DNA of 64,000 nucleotides from Escherichia coli (GTDB lineage Bacteria; Pseudomonadota; Gammaproteobacteria; Enterobacterales; Enterobacteriaceae): NCBI RefSeq assembly GCF_003334785.1, contig NZ_QOWV01000013.1; one strand, 5' to 3'. Shown piece by piece: positions 58,823 to 64,000 of this stretch (position 1 is its first letter; each line of letters starts with the position of its first letter). The notes under the pieces were generated by a model. It saw only the letters and a program-made list of their open reading frames with translations, ran no database searches and was not told where the DNA came from. The position numbers and the translations under genes were made by a program.

Positions 58823-60252
58823 TAATGAACAAAACGTCCGGCACGAGACATAAATTCTTCTTCGCTCATCTCCTGTCCGTTAAAAACAACTTTACCCGGT
58901 GTATAACGCAGCTGCAGCGAGGCGGTATTGTTGTCAATCGTGATTAACTGAAACATCTGACCTAATGTCATCATCCCGCTGATTTGTTTATCAGCCTGCT
59001 TTTGCGCTTTTTCCGCATCCATTCCTTCAGATAAATTAAGCTGTTTTGCGGTTTCTGTGACGACATTAAGCGGTAACTTCACATCAAAATTGAGCGATTT
59101 GATATCTTTGTTTGTGGATGATGAAGATTTGGCTGGGTCGGCAATACTGATATCCAGATTGGCATTTAGTTCGCCGAGTGCGTTCTTCCATCTTACCGGT
59201 TGTTTAATGGTCGGCTCACTTTTTTGTAATAACGGTAAATACTCTTTGAACAATGCAGCATTCACTTCTTGCAGAGCAACTTCATCGTTTGCTAACTCAG
59301 GGTGTGCAGCAAGCTGCTTCTGCATCGCAATGTTATACTGGATGATAAATTGGCGCACTGCTGAGGGATCAATAGATTCAGCAATCAATGACCACTCACC
59401 ACTACCGAGTTGCTGATTCCCTTTTGTTAACTTATCAAGTTCGTAGGTGAGATTGACATTGATATAATCTTTGTCTTTAACGCGATCCAGCCTGGTTTTT
59501 GCAACGAAAGCATCGATTTGGGCAACGTCTTCCCCGTGATTGATAATGTTAATCTGATTAAATTTCGACTCGCTTTCACCAACCGGAAATTTCTTTTCTT
59601 CTAATCGCGCCAGAGAATCAATGGTAAAACTTTTTGCCGTTACTTTGTTCATTGGTGATAATTGCAGAACAATATCTTCGACTTTGCCTTCAATATCCAG
59701 GTTAGACAATGAACTACCATCACCATTAAAAGTAAACTGGCCCTCACCAAAAGAAAACTTTCCATACTCTGCAGGGGCAACATCTAATGTCGTAGAGAAT
59801 GAGCCACCAAACGCGAATCGCAATGTCGCTTCCACGGGCGATTTATTTTTCGCGGCGATAAATAGCGGTTGTGTCAGTTCATTATTCACTAAGTTCACTT
59901 TTGCCGCTGCCAGTGCTGGGATGACATTACCATGCATTAACATTGTGATGGGCAACGGACCGTGCTCAACATCCACATCAAATACAACTTTCTGGCCTGG
60001 CTTGATATTGAGATCGGGTGCACCGTTATCGAATGTCATTTGCATTTGAAAACGGGAATTAAAAAAGCCTTTGTCAAAATTTTGATAACTTAACGTCATA
60101 TCGTAGGCATGTTCACCTTTCTTTTTAGCATCGTTAAAATCTTTAATAAATTTTTCGATACCAGGCTGAATTTGCGTACCTGTGTACCATGTGCCACCAC
60201 CCCAGATTACGGCTAACGCAACAATAACACCTGTAGCTGACTTACGTATCAT
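58822..60252 (-). CDS. yihF: DUF945-family protein YihF
   Basis: Track ORF 58822..60294; start at MIRKSATGVIVALAVIWGGG (476 aa, N-terminal signal/anchor). Confidence 0.85.
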   Translation of the reverse strand: MIRKSATGVIVALAVIWGGGTWYTGTQIQPGIEKFIKDFNDAKKKGEHAYDMTLSYQNFDKGFFNSRFQMQMTFDNGAPDLNIKPGQKVVFDVDVEHGPLPITMLMHGNVIPALAAAKVNLVNNELTQPLFIAAKNKSPVEATLRFAFGGSFSTTLDVAPAEYGKFSFGEGQFTFNGDGSSLSNLDIEGKVEDIVLQLSPMNKVTAKSFTIDSLARLEEKKFPVGESESKFNQINIINHGEDVAQIDAFVAKTRLDRVKDKDYINVNLTYELDKLTKGNQQLGSGEWSLIAESIDPSAVRQFIIQYNIAMQKQLAAHPELANDEVALQEVNAALFKEYLPLLQKSEPTIKQPVRWKNALGELNANLDISIADPAKSSSSTNKDIKSLNFDVKLPLNVVTETAKQLNLSEGMDAEKAQKQADKQISGMMTLGQMFQLITIDNNTASLQLRYTPGKVVFNGQEMSEEEFMSRAGRFVH

Positions 60253-60360
60253 ATAAATATTCCCTGATAAAACAGCAAAACTTTGAATATCCACTTATGC
60301 TGAAATAATGTCCAGCGGCAGGATGCATTATCAGAATGTATTTATATTTATTAAATAATA

Positions 60361-60392
60361 AAAAAAGCCCGTGAATATTCACGGGCTTTATG
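60361..60392 (-). terminator. dsbA intrinsic terminator
   Basis: agcccgtgaatattcacgggct hairpin followed on the minus strand by TTTTTTT. Confidence 0.8.
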
Positions 60393-60406
60393 TAATTTAC
60401 ATTGAA

Positions 60407-61033
60407 TTATTTTTTCTCGGACAGATATTTCACTGTATCAGCATACTGCTGAACAAAAACATCCATATTGCTGGTATCCATACCCTGCGGATTCAGCTGA
60501 TATTTACCGTTAACAAACATCGCCGGAACGCCACGCAATTGCACGTCAGCTGCAGCTTTTTCCTGCTGAGCGACCAGAGATTTCACCACGAAGCTGTTCC
60601 ACGCCGCGTCGTACTCTTCACCTTTAATACCTGCGTTGATAAATACATCGCGGATATCAGAAGCAGAACGAATGGTCTGGGTTTTCTGTACGCCTTCAAA
60701 CAGCGGAACAGTCACTTTGTCTTCCACGCCCAGCGCCATCGCCACAGCCCATGCCTGAGTCAGATCTTTGCCCAGGTCACCACCCATGAAGTTGACGTGG
60801 TATTTAGTCATCTTCACGCCTTCCGGCAGTTTTTTCTTCACATTATCAGAAATATGCAGAACTTCTTCAAACTGATAGCAGTGCGGGCAGAAGAAAGAGA
60901 AAAACTCCAGCACTTGCGGCGCGCCAGCTACCGGTTTTTCCAGGGTAGTGTACTGTTTACCATCTTCATACTGCGCCGCCGATGCGCTAAACGCTAAAAC
61001 TAAACCAGCCAGCGCCAGCCAAATCTTTTTCAT
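60407..61033 (-). CDS. dsbA: Periplasmic thiol:disulfide oxidoreductase DsbA
   Basis: 208-aa ORF with signal peptide and CPHC active site ([15 protein letters not shown]). Confidence 0.96.
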
Positions 61034-61049
61034 GATCTACTCTCTCCGA

Positions 61050-62036
61050 TTAATACATAGGTGTTAATTGCAAAGGGGGTTCTTGTAGAACTTTTGCCTG
61101 TTCTATAAAAGTCGCCGTCTGTCGCAGCCAGTAATCTTCCCCGGTTAACCACGGGAAATTTTTCGGGAACGCGGGATCAGCCCAACGCCGCATTAGCCAG
61201 GCAAGATAATAAACCAAACGCATGGCGCGTAAAGGTTCAATCAGTCCGATTTCAGCGGTGTCGAACTCGCTAAATTCTTCATAAGCTTCAATAATAGTTT
61301 CCAGTTGCATCCGCTGCTCGGCTTTATCGCCATTGAGCAACATCCACAAATCCTGAACGGCTGGACCATTACGTGCATCATCCAGATCAACAAACATTGG
61401 ACCATCGCGCCAGAGAATATTCCCGGCGTGGCAGTCTCCATGTAGCCGCAGAACGGTGAAATCTTCCCGCCAGTGTGCTGTAACGGCGGCAATCAGCTCA
61501 TCTGTCGCTTTCAGGAATGCCGCTTTCAACCCGGAAGGTATCAGTGTAGCGTCCTCAAACAGCTTGCGTGGCTCAATGAGATATTCGTTCAAACCGATGG
61601 TCGGGCGATGGATAAAAAGCTGTTTGCGCCCCGTCTGGTGCATACGCCCTAAATAACGCCCAACCGCTTCCATCTGATCGATATTATCAGCTTCGAACTG
61701 GCGACCACCGACGCTTGGAAAAACAGCGAAATAAAATCCCTGATGATTCAATAAAGTCTGACCGTTAAAGGCCACAGGTGCTGCGACCGGAACTTCATCA
61801 TTTACCAGCTGCAACGCAAATTGATGTTCTTCGAGGATTTGATCGGCTGTCCAACGTTCAGGGCGATAAAATTTGACGACAAAACGTCGACGATCTTCGT
61901 CCTGAAATTGATAGACACGGTTTTCATAGCTGTTAAGCGGGGTAAGACCGGAATCCACCCGGATCCCATGCTCAAACAGAGCGTCCATGATGGTATCCGG
62001 GTGTAGTGTCTGGAAAGTAAAAGCGCTGTTATTCAT
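61050..62036 (-). CDS. srkA: Stress-response Ser/Thr protein kinase SrkA (YihE/RdoA)
   Basis: 328-aa ORF, kinase-like fold (HGDCHAGNILW, DLDD). Confidence 0.9.
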   Translation of the reverse strand: MNNSAFTFQTLHPDTIMDALFEHGIRVDSGLTPLNSYENRVYQFQDEDRRRFVVKFYRPERWTADQILEEHQFALQLVNDEVPVAAPVAFNGQTLLNHQGFYFAVFPSVGGRQFEADNIDQMEAVGRYLGRMHQTGRKQLFIHRPTIGLNEYLIEPRKLFEDATLIPSGLKAAFLKATDELIAAVTAHWREDFTVLRLHGDCHAGNILWRDGPMFVDLDDARNGPAVQDLWMLLNGDKAEQRMQLETIIEAYEEFSEFDTAEIGLIEPLRAMRLVYYLAWLMRRWADPAFPKNFPWLTGEDYWLRQTATFIEQAKVLQEPPLQLTPMY

Positions 62037-62112
62037 CCCATCATCCGGAAAACATTACGAATGACGAAGGATATCATTTCACGATGATTTTGGTGGCGCC
62101 GCTTACAAGCTT

Positions 62113-62382
62113 TTACTCTTTAATTACGCCGCGAGCGCGTAACAGCGCCGTTTTGAAGTCTTCTTCATAATCTTTCTGCAAACCCGGGATCACCGCATCT
62201 TTCGCGGAATCACGCATTTTCAGGTGATAGATCAGAATGTCATCCGTCAAATCCGCCAGTTCGCCGTCAAAACCTGACTCTTTCGCCAGTTTCTGCAAAA
62301 ATTGCAGCAGGTTAAGGTCTGGCTCTTTTTGCCAGGCTGGCTGGAGGAGTTCAATAACTTCATTCAGACGTTTACATTTCAT
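62113..62382 (-). CDS. yihD: DUF1040-family protein YihD
   Basis: Track ORF 62113..62412; start at [17 protein letters not shown] (89 aa). Confidence 0.8.
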
Positions 62383-62451
62383 AGTGATGCTCCTTACTCT
62401 TGAGACAGACACGTTAGCAGGGTCAATCCCACAATAAAAGAGGCGATATCG

Positions 62452-63036
62452 GTGAATCTGATGACGACGATAACAGGCGTTGTGCTGGCAGGCGGTAAAG
62501 CCAGACGAATGGGCGGCGTAGATAAAGGATTGCTTGAATTAAACGGCAAACCATTATGGCAACATGTCGCTGACGCGCTTATGACGCAGCTCTCTCACGT
62601 CGTGGTTAATGCTAATCGTCATCAGGAAATCTATCAGGCAAGCGGTCTGAAAGTGATTGAAGATTCACTGGCGGATTACCCAGGCCCTCTGGCAGGAATG
62701 CTTTCAGTAATGCAGCAGGAAGCTGGTGAGTGGTTTTTGTTTTGCCCGTGCGATACGCCTTACATTCCCCCTGATTTAGCAGCCAGGCTTAATCATCAGC
62801 GCAAAGATGCGCCTGTCGTGTGGGTCCATGACGGTGAACGCGATCACCCGACTATTGCTCTGGTAAACCGCGCTATTGAGCCTTTATTACTGGAATATCT
62901 GCAAGCAGGAGAACGCCGGGTAATGGTATTTATGCGTCTGGCTGGCGGTCATGCGGTTGATTTCAGCGATCATAAAGATGCATTTGTTAACGTGAATACG
63001 CCAGAGGAGCTTGCCCGATGGCAGGAAAAACGATGA
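62452..63036 (+). CDS. mobA: Molybdenum cofactor guanylyltransferase
   Basis: 194-aa [33 protein letters not shown] (LAGGxxxRMG motif). Confidence 0.92.
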
Positions 63037-63545
63037 TACCGTTACTCGCCTTTGCCGCGTGGAGTGGTACCGGAAAAACTACGCTTTTGAAAAAACTGAT
63101 CCCGGCATTATGCGCCAGAGGGATCCGTCCAGGGCTGATTAAGCATACGCACCATGATATGGATGTTGATAAGCCAGGCAAAGATAGCTATGAGCTGCGC
63201 AAGGCTGGCGCGGCACAAACCATCGTTGCCAGCCAGCAACGATGGGCCTTGATGACGGAAACACCAGACGAAGAAGAGCTGGATCTACAGTTTCTCGCAA
63301 GTCGAATGGATACCTCAAAGCTGGATTTGATTCTGGTCGAAGGGTTTAAGCATGAAGAGATCGCAAAGATTGTGCTGTTTCGCGATGGAGCCGGACATCG
63401 ACCTGAAGAATTAGTGATAGACAGGCATGTTATTGCTGTAGCCAGTGATGTGCCGCTTAATCTTGATGTCGCATTACTGGATATTAATGATGTTGAGGGG
63501 CTGGCTGATTTTGTGGTGGAGTGGATGCAAAAGCAGAACGGATAA
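63018..63545 (+). CDS. mobB: Molybdopterin-guanine dinucleotide biosynthesis adapter MobB
   Basis: 175-aa ORF with Walker A (GTGKTT); 19-nt overlap with mobA. Confidence 0.9.
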
Positions 63546-63552
63546 GCAAGAG

Positions 63553-63596
63553 TAGGCTGGATAAGACGCGCCAGCGTCGCATCCGGCATTTTTTTC
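63553..63596. repeat. REP-like palindrome with T-run downstream of mobB
   Basis: gctggataagacgcgccagcgtcgcatccggca followed by ttttttt. Confidence 0.6.
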
Positions 63597-63604
63597 TGCG
63601 CCAA

Positions 63605-63812
63605 TGCAAAAAGGCCATCCGTCAGGATGGCCTTCTGCTTAATTTGATGCCTGGCAGTTTATGGCGGGCGTCCTGCCCGCCACCCTCCGGGCCGTTGCTT
63701 CGCAACGTTCAAATCCGCTCCCGGCGGATTTGTCCTACTCAGGAGAGCGTTCACCGACAAACAACAGATAAAACGAAAGGCCCAGTCTTTCGACTGAGCC
63801 TTTCGTTTTATT
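63605..63812 (-). terminator. rRNA operon tandem terminators (rrnB T1/T2-type) after 5S rRNA
   Basis: Minus strand carries caaataaaacgaaaggctcagtcgaaagactgggcctttcgtttt (T1-like) and aaaaggccatcctgacggatggcctttt (T2-like). Confidence 0.85.
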
Positions 63813-63814
63813 TG

Positions 63815-63934
63815 ATGCCTGGCAGTTCCCTACTCTCGCATGGGGAGACCCCACACTACCATCGGCGCTACGGCGTTTCACTTCTGAGTTCGGCATGGGG
63901 TCAGGTGGGACCACCGCGCTACGGCCGCCAGGCA
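63815..63934 (-). rRNA. rrfA: 5S ribosomal RNA (rrnA operon)
   Basis: 120-nt exact match on the minus strand to recalled E. coli 5S rRNA (tgcctggcggccgtagcgcggtggtcccacctgacccc...gggaactgccaggcat). Confidence 0.95.
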
Positions 63935-64000
63935 AATTCTGTTTTATCAGACCGCTTCTGCGTTCTGATTTAATCTGTATCAGGCTGAAAATCTTCTCTC
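63935..64000 (-). other. 23S-5S spacer of the rrn operon (23S rRNA lies beyond window end)
   Basis: Sequence directly upstream of 5S on the minus strand; assigned from operon organisation only. Confidence 0.6.

Noticed and set aside
63521-63973. 150-aa plus-strand ORF and 66-aa minus-strand ORF after mobB
   Set aside because: They run through the rRNA terminators and the 5S rRNA gene; non-coding.

Overview
This window reads as a contiguous, well-characterised stretch of the Escherichia coli K-12-type chromosome, running from cpxA to the 5S rRNA gene rrfA in reverse orientation to the conventional map. Identification is by recognising the translated ORFs and RNA sequences from memory; no database search was run, and coordinates of features absent from the ORF track are approximate (+/- a few nt). 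Gene order is cpxA, yiiM, kdgT, sodA, rhaT, rhaR/rhaS, rhaBADM, frvABXR, yiiG, fdhD, fdoGHI, fdhE, yiiF, yiiE, yiiD, dtd, yihY, yihX, the sulfoquinovose cluster (yihW to yihO, ompL), yihLMN, typA, glnALG, yshB, hemN, yihI, csrC, engB, spf, polA, yihG, yihF, dsbA, srkA, yihD, mobAB and the rrnA terminator plus rrfA. I found no mobile elements, no CRISPR array, no phage or integrase genes, and no convincing evidence of an undescribed system. The most notable observations are: (1) an in-frame amber codon (TAG at 31681-31683) that cuts yihU to 267 codons where I recall 298, with the remaining 30 codons still intact downstream; (2) a 35-codon ORF with a strong Shine-Dalgarno in the ~0.8 kb AT-rich gap between yiiE and yiiD; (3) the paralogous ribbon-helix-helix pair yiiE/yiiF with a duplicated upstream segment; (4) a repeated AAAAAGTGAC motif around the yihW/yihV/yihU promoters. 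The rest is known biology (fdoG selenocysteine TGA, REP/BIME elements, CsrC and Spot 42 sRNAs, glnAp2 architecture).
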